Below are positions 7,516 through 16,066 of a DNA stretch of 64,000 nt, one piece after another (position 1 is the first letter of the stretch; every line of letters starts with the position of its first letter). The notes beneath the pieces are model-generated. The model ran no database searches. It was given only the letters and a program-made list of their open reading frames with translations, and was not told the DNA's origin. The position numbers and the translations under genes were made by a program. Origin of the DNA: Candidatus Latescibacterota bacterium (GTDB lineage: Bacteria > Latescibacterota > UBA2968 > UBA8231); NCBI GenBank assembly GCA_965248265.1, contig CBDFJF010000002.1, positions 3,424,001 to 3,488,000 of the forward strand, in the 5' to 3' direction.

Positions 7516-7756
7516 CCGTCGGCACATCAGGGTCATTCTCGATTCTATCCTGCAGCCATTCGTTTGTCATCCCATAGTGGTCAATCGGCTCCACCAATAC
7601 TGGCAGCGGGCACCACGACGCCCGGAACTTTCGCACATCAAGCTCGGCGTAAATTGCCTGCCCATCTTTACCCGGCGCATAACATCGAGGCGGGTCGGGA
7701 TCGGCCAGCCACTGACCCGAGAAGAACGGGCAGTCCTTGCAGGCTTTAACTTTCAT
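7511..7756 (-). CDS. Hypothetical protein (C..CPF...C...WCPL)
   Basis: Cys motif; stop codon lies inside site D. Confidence 0.65.
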   Translation of the reverse strand: MKVKACKDCPFFSGQWLADPDPPRCYAPGKDGQAIYAELDVRKFRASWCPLPVLVEPIDHYGMTNEWLQDRIENDPDVPTD

Positions 7757-7958
7757 CAGGGGGATACCCGTCGTCTGCAGGGTGATAGTCAGGGTCAGCC
7801 AGCTGCTGAAATTCTTCCCACGTCATGCGCTCAACCTCAACATCATAGCGGCGCAGCCTGTCTTCCACGTCCTCCCATCGACCCTGCAGCTCGGGGCGCT
7901 GCTCACCATCGTTGCCAATGACGATGACCATCCCATTGGGAAACCTGAACGCTTTCAT
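7746..7958 (-). CDS. Hypothetical protein
   Basis: GGAGG RBS before MKAFRFPNG. Confidence 0.6.
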   Translation of the reverse strand: MKAFRFPNGMVIVIGNDGEQRPELQGRWEDVEDRLRRYDVEVERMTWEEFQQLADPDYHPADDGYPPDES

Positions 7959-8170
7959 GCTGTGTCCTCCACGAAGGCATCCATCGCCCTTGCCAAAATC
8001 CCCAAACACCGCTTGCAGGAGACAAGATGGTACGTCTCTGTGACCAACGGGAACTGAGGGTTCCCCTGCCAGTTCTTGGGGAGCGTGCCGCACAAAGCCT
8101 CACCCCGAAACACGTTGTCAACCGGCGTCGAAATCCTGAGCGTCCCCCGAGCCATGTGACACTTATTCAT
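7955..8170 (-). CDS. Hypothetical Cys-containing protein
   Basis: ALCG...VSCKRC; overlapping start/stop chain. Confidence 0.55.
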   Translation of the reverse strand: MNKCHMARGTLRISTPVDNVFRGEALCGTLPKNWQGNPQFPLVTETYHLVSCKRCLGILARAMDAFVEDTA

Positions 8171-8379
8171 GGGGCGACCCATCCGTGCGGGGACTCGGGC
8201 ATCCCAGCATCGACGTAGCAGGGTGTGCACAGAAAATGCCCGTTCCGCCGGTTGTAGGTGCCCTCTTCCCGTTGCACGTACTCAAAAGCAGATATGCCCT
8301 CCTCTGCTGCCAGTTCCACGCACTCCTCCAGTTCATGGGGCACCTTCCCGCACCCGATGCAGATGGCAACCACCATCAC
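8167..8379 (-). CDS. Hypothetical Zn-finger protein
   Basis: CIGCG...EEGTYN...GHFLCTPCY. Confidence 0.7.
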   Translation of the reverse strand: MMVVAICIGCGKVPHELEECVELAAEEGISAFEYVQREEGTYNRRNGHFLCTPCYVDAGMPESPHGWVAP

Positions 8380-8870
8380 GCAGCCTCAAAGTATCGCACC
8401 GCACATGCCGGGTGCAGCGGCACCTCCGTCCTGCGCATGAACTGACCGCACTGCCGACAGCGCCCTCGCAGCGGCGGCATCACCACCTCTGGCTCCTCCC
8501 CATCCGCTTCGCTGGCATTGATGACGAGCCACTTGACGAACAGCTCCAGCGGCAACGCCAACACCTCGTGTTGCTTGACCTTCTGCGTTCCCAGCCACCT
8601 GATGAACTCCTCCAGAAGATCAGAGGCATTGACGTACTTGTTGAACTCACGAGGAGCACCCACGGGCGGCTGCTGGTTGGTGATGCTGGCCTGCGGGTTG
8701 GTAGTCAGGGTTATGCCGTTGTTGGTACCGATCCGAAAGCTTTGAGTGGGAGTTGCCGTGCCCGTGGTCCAGTTTGCGGTTACCCAGTTTGCAGTCGTAG
8801 TCGTGGCAGCGCTGTTCTGCGTGGCGTTAAACCACGACTGTAATGCGTGCTGTTGCATTTGAGGATTCAT
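8376..8870 (-). CDS. Hypothetical protein
   Basis: Thr-rich N-terminus, C-terminal CRQCG..H..C; ATGA overlaps. Confidence 0.7.
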   Translation of the reverse strand: MNPQMQQHALQSWFNATQNSAATTTTANWVTANWTTGTATPTQSFRIGTNNGITLTTNPQASITNQQPPVGAPREFNKYVNASDLLEEFIRWLGTQKVKQHEVLALPLELFVKWLVINASEADGEEPEVVMPPLRGRCRQCGQFMRRTEVPLHPACAVRYFEAA

Positions 8871-9154
8871 AGGGTAGCGTCCAATCGGCTAAGCCATGAG
8901 TCTCTGATAAACGCGGCTGCGGTACTGGTCTGCATGGGCAAGCTGCCCGACTTCCACACGCAGCGCTTCTCCACGTCGATGCGCTGCTCACGTGAATCCC
9001 ACCGGTCGTCAGTAATCTCGCCCTTCTTGATGACGCGGCAGTGCTCGTGCCCGCAGTGCGGACACTCGACAATGTGGTTGCCATCCAGCTCGTCATCCAA
9101 CTGCGCGATGAAACTCTTGTGGCAGTTGGTGCAGTTCATGTCGGTGCGGATCAT
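8867..9154 (-). CDS. Zn-ribbon protein
   Basis: CTNC...CPHCGHEHCR. Confidence 0.7.
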   Translation of the reverse strand: MIRTDMNCTNCHKSFIAQLDDELDGNHIVECPHCGHEHCRVIKKGEITDDRWDSREQRIDVEKRCVWKSGSLPMQTSTAAAFIRDSWLSRLDATL

Positions 9155-9603
9155 ATGTCGAGCTGCTTAATCTCATCCACGAGCTGTTTCAGCAGCCCGC
9201 CCGCCCTTCGCTGCTGCACCGGGCGCAACTCTTGTGCCTGCAGGTCGAGGCTCTGCGCTACCCGCTGCGCTGCGCTGAGTGTCTGCGCTGCAGACGGTGC
9301 TCGCGTTCCTGATGGGAAGTTTTCCATAACGCGGTCCCACGGGAAGGACGTTTTGTCATGCCACGTCCATTCGATGTCATCGACGGTAGGCCAGCTGAAC
9401 TGACTGACAAATCCGTCCCTTGGCATCGCATCGCGATACTCGACAGGCGGGTCCGTTTGCACGTCGAACATCGAGTAGACGACATCGCCTCCCTCGACGC
9501 CCTCAACAAACACGAGACTACCATCCTCGTGCTCTGCCCAGCAGCCCATAGTCAGCTCGTCTTTATTCTCTGCCTTCGCTCCCGGCACGTCGTGCGTTGA
9601 CAT
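9151..9603 (-). CDS. Hypothetical protein
   Basis: 150-aa ORF with GGAGA RBS, operonic overlaps. Confidence 0.7.
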   Translation of the reverse strand: MSTHDVPGAKAENKDELTMGCWAEHEDGSLVFVEGVEGGDVVYSMFDVQTDPPVEYRDAMPRDGFVSQFSWPTVDDIEWTWHDKTSFPWDRVMENFPSGTRAPSAAQTLSAAQRVAQSLDLQAQELRPVQQRRAGGLLKQLVDEIKQLDI

Positions 9604-10081
9604 CTCCCAGTTCCTCCTGTCCTCTTTTAAGTGTGTTGGCTATCCTGCCCTTGACCAGCCTGACGATAGCTGCGTGCCCCTGCTCTGCTTCCTCCCACGT
9701 GCAGTAGCGGTTGAACCAATCGCCTTCATCGTCAATGGATTCGGGTCCGTCAAACACATGCACTTTGTCGCCCAGCTCCAGCGTCCTCGTGCGCTCGCCA
9801 CCGAACACCATCGTTTCAAACAGCACAGGCAATTTGCCGCGCCCAAAGTTGGGATCGAGCCCGAGAAAGCAGGTGGACACCTCGTAGATGCCGACCTGTG
9901 TCTTGCCAACGATACGGTCGGCCTTCTCCATGAACCTGCCCCACTTGAGCAGGTGAGGCTCAGGCACGGGCTTGCGGTCAACGAGGACGTAGCGGTCAAC
10001 GCGTTCATTCTTGAACAGCTCGTTGTTCTTGACCAGCTCGTCCCACCACTTGTCTTGCTCTTCCTCATTCATTTCAGTCAT
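9563..10081 (-). CDS. Hypothetical phage protein
   Basis: VSTCFLGLD......LFETMVFGG...RY.TWEEA..GH pattern recalled from phage proteins; start MTEMNEE inferred. Confidence 0.7.
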   Translation of the reverse strand: MTEMNEEEQDKWWDELVKNNELFKNERVDRYVLVDRKPVPEPHLLKWGRFMEKADRIVGKTQVGIYEVSTCFLGLDPNFGRGKLPVLFETMVFGGERTRTLELGDKVHVFDGPESIDDEGDWFNRYCTWEEAEQGHAAIVRLVKGRIANTLKRGQEELGDVNARRAGSEGRE

Positions 10082-10676
10082 CGCTAAACCGTGGTCCACC
10101 CGGCACGATGTCGAAGGACGTGCACTCTGCGTCGGTGGGCTTCTTTGACCACGGGTACGGCCGGTAGGAGACACACCGTTTAAATGCCTCCTTCTGCTCC
10201 TTGTTGGCACGCAGCATCTTACCCGGCGATATTTCGTCGTCCCACATGAGACGCACGCACGACAGCACTGCATCAAAATAGCGCACCCATAGTGTTGACC
10301 CCCAAATCATCCGCGAGCCGAACGCGCAAGCCGTCGCCAGCATCGACATCGCAACAACATCCAGTAGGCCCACTTCGTCCCAGCCACGGATGTAATCAAG
10401 GACAAAGTTAATAGGGAGCCCAATGGCACAGGCCGCGACCGGGATTACGTTCCCTCTTCTAAGGCCTACCCAACGGTTGCGTGCGGTGTGCATGTAATCC
10501 ACCATCCGCGCCATAGCTACCTGAGTCTCGGACTCTTGGGGCTGGTGCAACTGCGACGGCACCGGAGGGGGTGCCTTGCCCCCGCAGCGCCAGCAGAAGT
10601 ACTGGTCAGGCGGCGGGTCCATGAACAGCTGCCCCGCGTACATCGGCTCCTCACAGCTACAGCGCTTGTCTGTCAC
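10074..10676 (-). CDS. Hypothetical membrane protein with Cys motifs
   Basis: CSC...CWRC and two hydrophobic segments. Confidence 0.6.
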   Translation of the reverse strand: MTDKRCSCEEPMYAGQLFMDPPPDQYFCWRCGGKAPPPVPSQLHQPQESETQVAMARMVDYMHTARNRWVGLRRGNVIPVAACAIGLPINFVLDYIRGWDEVGLLDVVAMSMLATACAFGSRMIWGSTLWVRYFDAVLSCVRLMWDDEISPGKMLRANKEQKEAFKRCVSYRPYPWSKKPTDAECTSFDIVPGGPRFSDD

Positions 10677-10894
10677 AGCGTAACTTCGCCGCGCTTGATG
10701 GCCAGCAGTGCCAGTGGAACAGCACCCCGCGTGTCGAGCTTAATCATCAAGGTCGCACGGTGCGTCTCCACAGTGCGGACGCCAATGCCCAGCTCGTCGG
10801 CAATCTCCAAGTTTTGGTAACCACAGGCGATGAACTGCCAAACTTCCAGCTCACGCTCGGTCAGTTCATCGCCTGCCCTTGCTTTTGGTTTCAT
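10673..10894 (-). CDS. Stand-alone LuxR/GerE-type HTH regulator
   Basis: LTERELEVWQFIACGYQNLEIADELGIGVRTVETHRATLMIKL. Confidence 0.9.
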   Translation of the reverse strand: MKPKARAGDELTERELEVWQFIACGYQNLEIADELGIGVRTVETHRATLMIKLDTRGAVPLALLAIKRGEVTL

Positions 10895-10930
10895 GGGGAA
10901 CCCCCTTTATAGGTGAAATTTGGGGGCACC

Positions 10931-11314
10931 TCATTTCGCTTCGTGGTAGACCTTGGGGTGCGTCGCCTCACGCAGCATGTGATCGGGATACACGTCAGTC
11001 ATCCCGGTGCGCACGCCCAAGCGGATGGGCTCCTTCGCTACCATGTTGTGGGTGATGGCAGCTTTGGTGAGACCAGCGCTGCTGTACAGATTGAGCTTGC
11101 GCATCAGGCTGTTCTTAATGGCGGAGACGGTTTGCCATTTGATGGACAGCATTTCACCAATCTCCTCCAGATCAAACTCGCAAGCGACCAGCTCCCACAC
11201 ATCGCGCTCGCGTTGAGTCAGGTTGTCGCCGGGACGTGCAAGCCTACGAAAGACTCTCTTCTCTCCGCGCTTGAGCTTCTTCAAGGGCGTTGGTTTTCTC
11301 GTTCGCTTCGCCAT
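10931..11314 (-). CDS. LuxR-type HTH regulator
   Basis: LTQRERDVWELVACEFDLEEIGEMLSIKWQTVSAIKNSLMRKLNL. Confidence 0.85.
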   Translation of the reverse strand: MAKRTRKPTPLKKLKRGEKRVFRRLARPGDNLTQRERDVWELVACEFDLEEIGEMLSIKWQTVSAIKNSLMRKLNLYSSAGLTKAAITHNMVAKEPIRLGVRTGMTDVYPDHMLREATHPKVYHEAK

Positions 11315-11974
11315 TTACATTGTCTCCAGTGCTGCCGTGTAGGCGTCTATGGATACCTGAATCGCGTCACGCTGTGCCGTGAGGTCATCAATGATTGCCT
11401 GCGTCCGACCGGGGAAGTCGTTGGTGCTGATACCTGACGTGGTGACGGCCTTGCCTGCGCGCTGGCCGGGAGACTCGTAGCCCTGCGCTCTGGCCGCACG
11501 CGCTTCAGCCGACTTGACCCGCGCATCTGCCAACGTCGCCCTGCGTTTCTCTGTCGTTACCTCAACCTCAGCGCCGAACGTCCTGACCCACGCGGTCAGG
11601 CTGTTGGATGACACGCCGACATCTCTGGCAACGTCACTGTTCGTTTCGCCTGCGAGGATGCGAGCCACAGCCTTGCGCTTGAAGCCGTCCGTGTAGCGCT
11701 TCTGCGCCTTCCCCTTCTGTGGGCCTTTGCCCGCTCGTGCGACTGCCGCCTGCCCTTGCATCCGTGTGGTCTCGGATTTTACGGGGGAGATGAGTTTCTC
11801 ATCATTACACCAGCGACTGACGCTCTTCTGGTTGAGTCCCATAGCGTCGGCAATTGCCGACTGCGACTCTTTGCCTTTGAGAAACCGCCTGACCGCCTGC
11901 TTCTTGATTCGGATGCCGATGCGAGGCCCCTTCGCGTTCTCTGCTGTCGGCGCTGCTGCTTCCGTCGTTTCCAT
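11315..11974 (-). CDS. Double-HTH DNA-binding protein
   Basis: Two HTH units (SQSAIADAMGLNQKSVSRW; TNSDVARDVGVSSNSLTAWV); GGAGG RBS. Confidence 0.75.
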   Translation of the reverse strand: METTEAAAPTAENAKGPRIGIRIKKQAVRRFLKGKESQSAIADAMGLNQKSVSRWCNDEKLISPVKSETTRMQGQAAVARAGKGPQKGKAQKRYTDGFKRKAVARILAGETNSDVARDVGVSSNSLTAWVRTFGAEVEVTTEKRRATLADARVKSAEARAARAQGYESPGQRAGKAVTTSGISTNDFPGRTQAIIDDLTAQRDAIQVSIDAYTAALETM

Positions 11975-12013
11975 TACGTCCTCCTGAGTTGTATGGATTT
12001 TGAACAAGCCAGT

Positions 12014-12036
12014 GCACGGGCTATGGTAGCCCGTGC
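12014..12036. promoter_or_regulatory. Perfect 10-bp inverted repeat in divergent control region
   Basis: GCACGGGCTA-TGG-TAGCCCGTGC at the switch from - to + strand genes. Confidence 0.45.
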
Positions 12037-12778
12037 CCGGATGCGTGCTCGCTGCCTGTATAGCTGTAAGTGACTGGGCTGCAGGGGCTTGCAGGGTTAG
12101 GGCGATGGCGAAGGTGAAGCCGCCACCTACCCCCCGGAGCCGGGCCGGTCAGCACGGCCAAAACTGAGTTCCAAAGGGAGGTTTTTGTGATGCTGATCCA
12201 CCTACACACCGACCCGCCGGTACCGCTGCGAATCTGGCTTGGCTGCATCGGCATGGGTGACTGGAAGCGACGAGCTATCTGCCTGACCTGGGGCAAGCAC
12301 TACTGGTGTCTCGGCCTGCCGTGGGGGTGTTCCTGATGCCAGCTCAATGGCGTTACATCCAGTGGACCACTCCAGCTGAGCCGCTGACGCCGGACGACCT
12401 GAACGCCCAGCTGGCAGGCATCTTGTACAGTTGTCCGGCGACCCTAATGCGGCCCATGTCCCCCCTGACCAGGCAGCAATCGCCAACCATTGAGCGTCTA
12501 TTGAGGCCGCCCCTGCCGATGCGCAGTAAGGAGCGGTTTTGTGAGTGGAAGGATCTTGCCACGCGCAGCATTTCGTGGGATGAAGCGCGTGCCGAGTTCG
12601 CCAAGCGATATCCTGACCCGTTGCAGGTGATTGAGGGTGAGGGCGTACAGAAATGGGCCAGTCGGGGTGGGTAGCGAGCGGCTGACCAGAGGGTAGGGCG
12701 GGAATCCCGTAAATGTTCCCTCACAGCGGACGAGGCTTTGGCCTGACTGGCTCTATTTCAACTTATAAAGGAGTTCTC

Positions 12779-13066
12779 ATGACGCAGTATCCACTCTTCC
12801 CTGGCTACAAGGCCACGGACACCTCCCAAGAAGCAGCTGGCTACATGAGCCTCAAGCAACGCCCTCTGCAGAAGAAGGTGTTGCGGATGCTGGATGCATG
12901 GGGTGCTTCGACGGCCGATGAACTGGCCGATCGCTGTATGGCTTCGATTTTGGCGGTGCGCCCTCGTCTTTCGGAGTTGCGAAGGTTGGGGTTGGTGCGA
13001 GACTCAGGCAATCGACGTAAAAATGTTAGCGGTCGCAGGGCGATTGTGTGGGAATTGCCAACATGA
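12779..13066 (+). CDS. Winged-helix DNA-binding phage protein
   Basis: TDTSQEAA...TADELA......AVRPRLSEL...GLV.DSG.RR....GR.AIVW; AAGGAG RBS. Confidence 0.8.
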   Translation: MTQYPLFPGYKATDTSQEAAGYMSLKQRPLQKKVLRMLDAWGASTADELADRCMASILAVRPRLSELRRLGLVRDSGNRRKNVSGRRAIVWELPT

Positions 13067-13260
13067 AGGGCGGCAGCTGTATCTACTACAACGGCATCGA
13101 CCACGGCTGCAGCAAAGGCGTGGAGATCATCACCTCCTTCGGTGCTGATGAGGCCCTGATTCCCTGTATCAGCGGGGGTGATGATGGCAAGCGGGCTCGT
13201 TGTTCGCTGCATCGCTTGCCGACCACGCGGGAGATGTATGAAGCCAATCAAAAGGGGTGA
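13063..13260 (+). CDS. Small Cys-rich hypothetical protein
   Basis: ATGA overlap; CIYYNG...C.KGV...PC...C. Confidence 0.55.
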   Translation: MKGGSCIYYNGIDHGCSKGVEIITSFGADEALIPCISGGDDGKRARCSLHRLPTTREMYEANQKG

Positions 13261-13369
13261 GCGGTGAACGGGGCCGTCTTGGAAGCGGGGGAGCACTCAC
13301 GCAGTTCTCCTTCCCAGCGCCGTTCACCCTGTTAAACTAAAGCCCGCTAAACTTTAATTGGAGGTAATC

Positions 13370-13588
13370 ATGTTAACGCGTCGAGGGTACGCGCACGGGG
13401 GACTGATGCGCTGCTGTATCGCTACCCTGGATGAAGCGCATGAAATCGGCATTTTCCATGATGCGGTGTCGATGAAGTGCATGTATTGCCGTACTAACAT
13501 GGTATTGGACGAGGAACGGGAGATGTTCCGCTGGGAAGGGGCGTTTAACGAGCAGGATTGTCCTCCCGACGATTGGGGGCAGCCCTGA
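13370..13588 (+). CDS. Hypothetical protein
   Basis: GGAGG RBS; GGLMRCCI.TL...C.YC. Confidence 0.65.
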   Translation: MLTRRGYAHGGLMRCCIATLDEAHEIGIFHDAVSMKCMYCRTNMVLDEEREMFRWEGAFNEQDCPPDDWGQP

Positions 13589-14118
13589 TAGTCGATAACT
13601 GGCAGGATATCGCCCGAGCGTTGCTCATAAAGCAAAAGCGCGGGGCGTTTTGCGAGCACGATGAGTTTGAGCGGCTGCACGATCAGTCGGCCTATCGCTG
13701 CAGGGGTTGCAACGAGCAGGTATCCCACCTTGACATCTATGAGGATAGAAATATGGGAACGCTCAATTATAGACCGGGATTCAGTAAATACGATGTGCTC
13801 GACGCCGATTGGACCGATGACGATGGCGGCATCACCGAAAGCCTGTGGGACAGGGTGTGGAGCAAGCAAATCCAGAAGATGGCACCGACGCTGGTGGACA
13901 ACGTGATGGGCAAGGAAATCATGGAACCGGTCTATTTTCGGCCCTTCGAGGCCGGGGAAACGCTTACGGCATCCCGTTTAAACAGCGCGTTTGAGTCGGT
14001 GATGGACTACAACCGGCTGCAGAGCACGAAGCCGATGCGCATGGGCAGATTGACGGGAATTTCGCTCTCTCAACGGCCTTCTTTTGCTGAATTTTCATCC
14101 TTCCCTGCTTTTTCGTAG
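13558..14118 (+). CDS. Hypothetical protein
   Basis: 186-aa ORF; start uncertain. Confidence 0.5.
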   Translation: MSSRRLGAALIVDNWQDIARALLIKQKRGAFCEHDEFERLHDQSAYRCRGCNEQVSHLDIYEDRNMGTLNYRPGFSKYDVLDADWTDDDGGITESLWDRVWSKQIQKMAPTLVDNVMGKEIMEPVYFRPFEAGETLTASRLNSAFESVMDYNRLQSTKPMRMGRLTGISLSQRPSFAEFSSFPAFS

Positions 14119-14258
14119 TATTGGGGCAGGAGGATGGGAGATGAACCAAAACCTCCACCGAAGGAGGAGAGCGATGTTTGAAACCATCGTTGGGACGGTA
14201 ATCGGAGGGCTGGTGTTCTTTTGGATACTGGGTAAAATCAGTGACAAGGGAAAGAAGG

Positions 14259-14651
14259 ATGAGTGAGCCATTGGAACTACACTGCCCGATATGCAACGGC
14301 GGTAAGTATGTGGCCGAGCTGGAAGCGTGGAAGGCACGCTCTCTCGACCGTCACTGGAAGGCATCAGAACATTTGGCTAAAACGGTGAAGCGCATGGGAA
14401 CGGCAAACATGGACCTGATAGTGGAAAACGACGAATGGAAATCCCGCGCCATGACGGCGATGGAGTTGGTCGAAGCGCAGATGCTGGAGATTGATGCGTG
14501 GCAAGCGTTGTATGAAGCGATGGAAGCCTATGACCCGCTCAATGCCCAGCGAGATAAAGTGCGGGTGATGAAAGCGCGATTGAAGGAAGCGCAGGAGCTG
14601 TGTGCCCAGCTGGTGAAAGATGTGGACGCCCCCGAGCTGGAGAAAGAGTGA
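14259..14651 (+). CDS. Hypothetical coiled-coil protein
   Basis: CPIC motif followed by helical heptads. Confidence 0.6.
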   Translation: MSEPLELHCPICNGGKYVAELEAWKARSLDRHWKASEHLAKTVKRMGTANMDLIVENDEWKSRAMTAMELVEAQMLEIDAWQALYEAMEAYDPLNAQRDKVRVMKARLKEAQELCAQLVKDVDAPELEKE

Positions 14652-14826
14652 TGAGAGGGGTTGAGCAAAGTGGAAAGGGGGCAGGTACGCGAACCCATCG
14701 TGGCTACGCTCGGTTTTCGACGTACCATCGCTACCTCAAGAAGGCCAAGCTGCGCCAGGAGCGGCGACGGGCTAAGGTGGACGTGGAGTGCGTGCCCTGC
14801 TATCGCAAGTACAGAGGGTATGAAAC

Positions 14827-15015
14827 GTGAACGACAGGGTGTTTTGCAAAACACCATTTCGCACGGTCACCAACGGTACAGCAATGGTCGCTCGCTGCGA
14901 AATCACCATAGACCTGACGAAGCTGACAATGCCCGAGCGGATTCAAGAGTTACTTGATGCGGGCTGGAAAATTGAGTTCGGGGATTGGGATTTTGAAAAG
15001 GAGGAAGGGGAGTAG
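14827..15015 (+). CDS. Hypothetical protein
   Basis: Operonic overlap, acidic C-terminus. Confidence 0.5.
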   Translation: MNDRVFCKTPFRTVTNGTAMVARCEITIDLTKLTMPERIQELLDAGWKIEFGDWDFEKEEGE

Positions 15016-15027
15016 AAAGCATGATAC

Positions 15028-15420
15028 ATGGCAAGGGGAGTCAACAGCTGCACGTTTATCGGGAACCTGGGTAACGACGTAGAGCTAAAATACACCCCCA
15101 GCGGCAAAGCGGTTGTCAACGCTTCGCTGGCGGTGAATGAAGAGTGGGGCACCGGCGACGACCGCCAACAAAAGGTCGAGTGGGTGTCCCTTGTTGTATG
15201 GGATACCCTGGCTGAAGTGATGGGCAAGTACTGCCGCAAGGGGTCCAAGCTCTACGTCACCGGGCGACTGCAGACACGTACCTGGGAGAACAACGACGGA
15301 GGGAAACAGTACAAGACGGAAATCGTCGTGCGCGAGCTACTGTTTCTCGATCACAACCCGTCGGAGGCCGCCCAGGCGCAGCAACAAACCAGAGAGGAGG
15401 ACGACGACCTACCGTTTTAA
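15028..15420 (+). CDS. ssb: Single-stranded DNA-binding protein
   Basis: VN....IGNLG.D.ELKYTPSG, KGSKLYV.GRLQTR.W, C-terminal DDDLPF. Confidence 0.96.
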   Translation: MARGVNSCTFIGNLGNDVELKYTPSGKAVVNASLAVNEEWGTGDDRQQKVEWVSLVVWDTLAEVMGKYCRKGSKLYVTGRLQTRTWENNDGGKQYKTEIVVRELLFLDHNPSEAAQAQQQTREEDDDLPF

Positions 15421-15474
15421 GTTGACAGACTAAGGGCACACCTGTATTGTGCCAGAGACAGGAGCAAAACGTTT

Positions 15475-15522
15475 AAACGCCGGGATCTCGCTCATTTCGG
15501 AGCGCGGGTTCCGGCGTTTTTT
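15475..15522 (+). terminator. Probable intrinsic terminator after ssb
   Basis: AAACGCCGG...CCGGCGTTT stem followed by T-tract. Confidence 0.6.
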
Positions 15523-15658
15523 GTGTTCTCTGGCGCAACTCCACACGAGAGCGAGTCGTGCGGTGGCACGTCAGGGGCATATCCGGGGTGGGTGACGCTA
15601 ACAACTCCCAATCCTCCAGTTGTCCACCCCGGAACTTGCGCCGTGAGGGGGGTTCGAT

Positions 15659-16066
15659 ATGCCAGCAGGAGCAGTAAAGAAATATTCTGACGACCAGATC
15701 ATTGCCGCCCTGCACGCTACGGGCGGCCTTGTGACGCACGCGGCCAAGGCGATGGGTACGGTACCCAAGACGCTCTACGACCGCATGGCCCGCACCCCGG
15801 CGCTCAAGCTCGCCCTGGACGAGATACGCAACGGCAAGCTGGATTTCGCCGAATCGAAGCTGATGGAACTGATCGCCAAGGGGCAACCCTCTGCGATCAT
15901 TTTTTTTCTCAAGTGCCTGGGCAAGGAGCGCGGCTACGTCGAGCGCGTCGAGAATACCGGCAAGGATGGCAAGGATTTAAACATCCTACCGGTGATCGCT
16001 CCGCCACGCGCTGCTAATATGGAAGAGTGGTTAGAGCAGAACCGCAAAGAGGCCAACGCCGCATGA
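15659..16066 (+). CDS. Terminase small subunit
   Basis: N-terminal HTH, LDFAESKL..LI..G...AIIFFLKC.GK.RGYVER; directly upstream of TerL. Confidence 0.85.
   Translation: MPAGAVKKYSDDQIIAALHATGGLVTHAAKAMGTVPKTLYDRMARTPALKLALDEIRNGKLDFAESKLMELIAKGQPSAIIFFLKCLGKERGYVERVENTGKDGKDLNILPVIAPPRAANMEEWLEQNRKEANAA

Noticed and set aside
11315-11974. IS3-family transposase OrfA
   Set aside because: The HTH resembles it, but there is no OrfB/DDE gene or terminal inverted repeats
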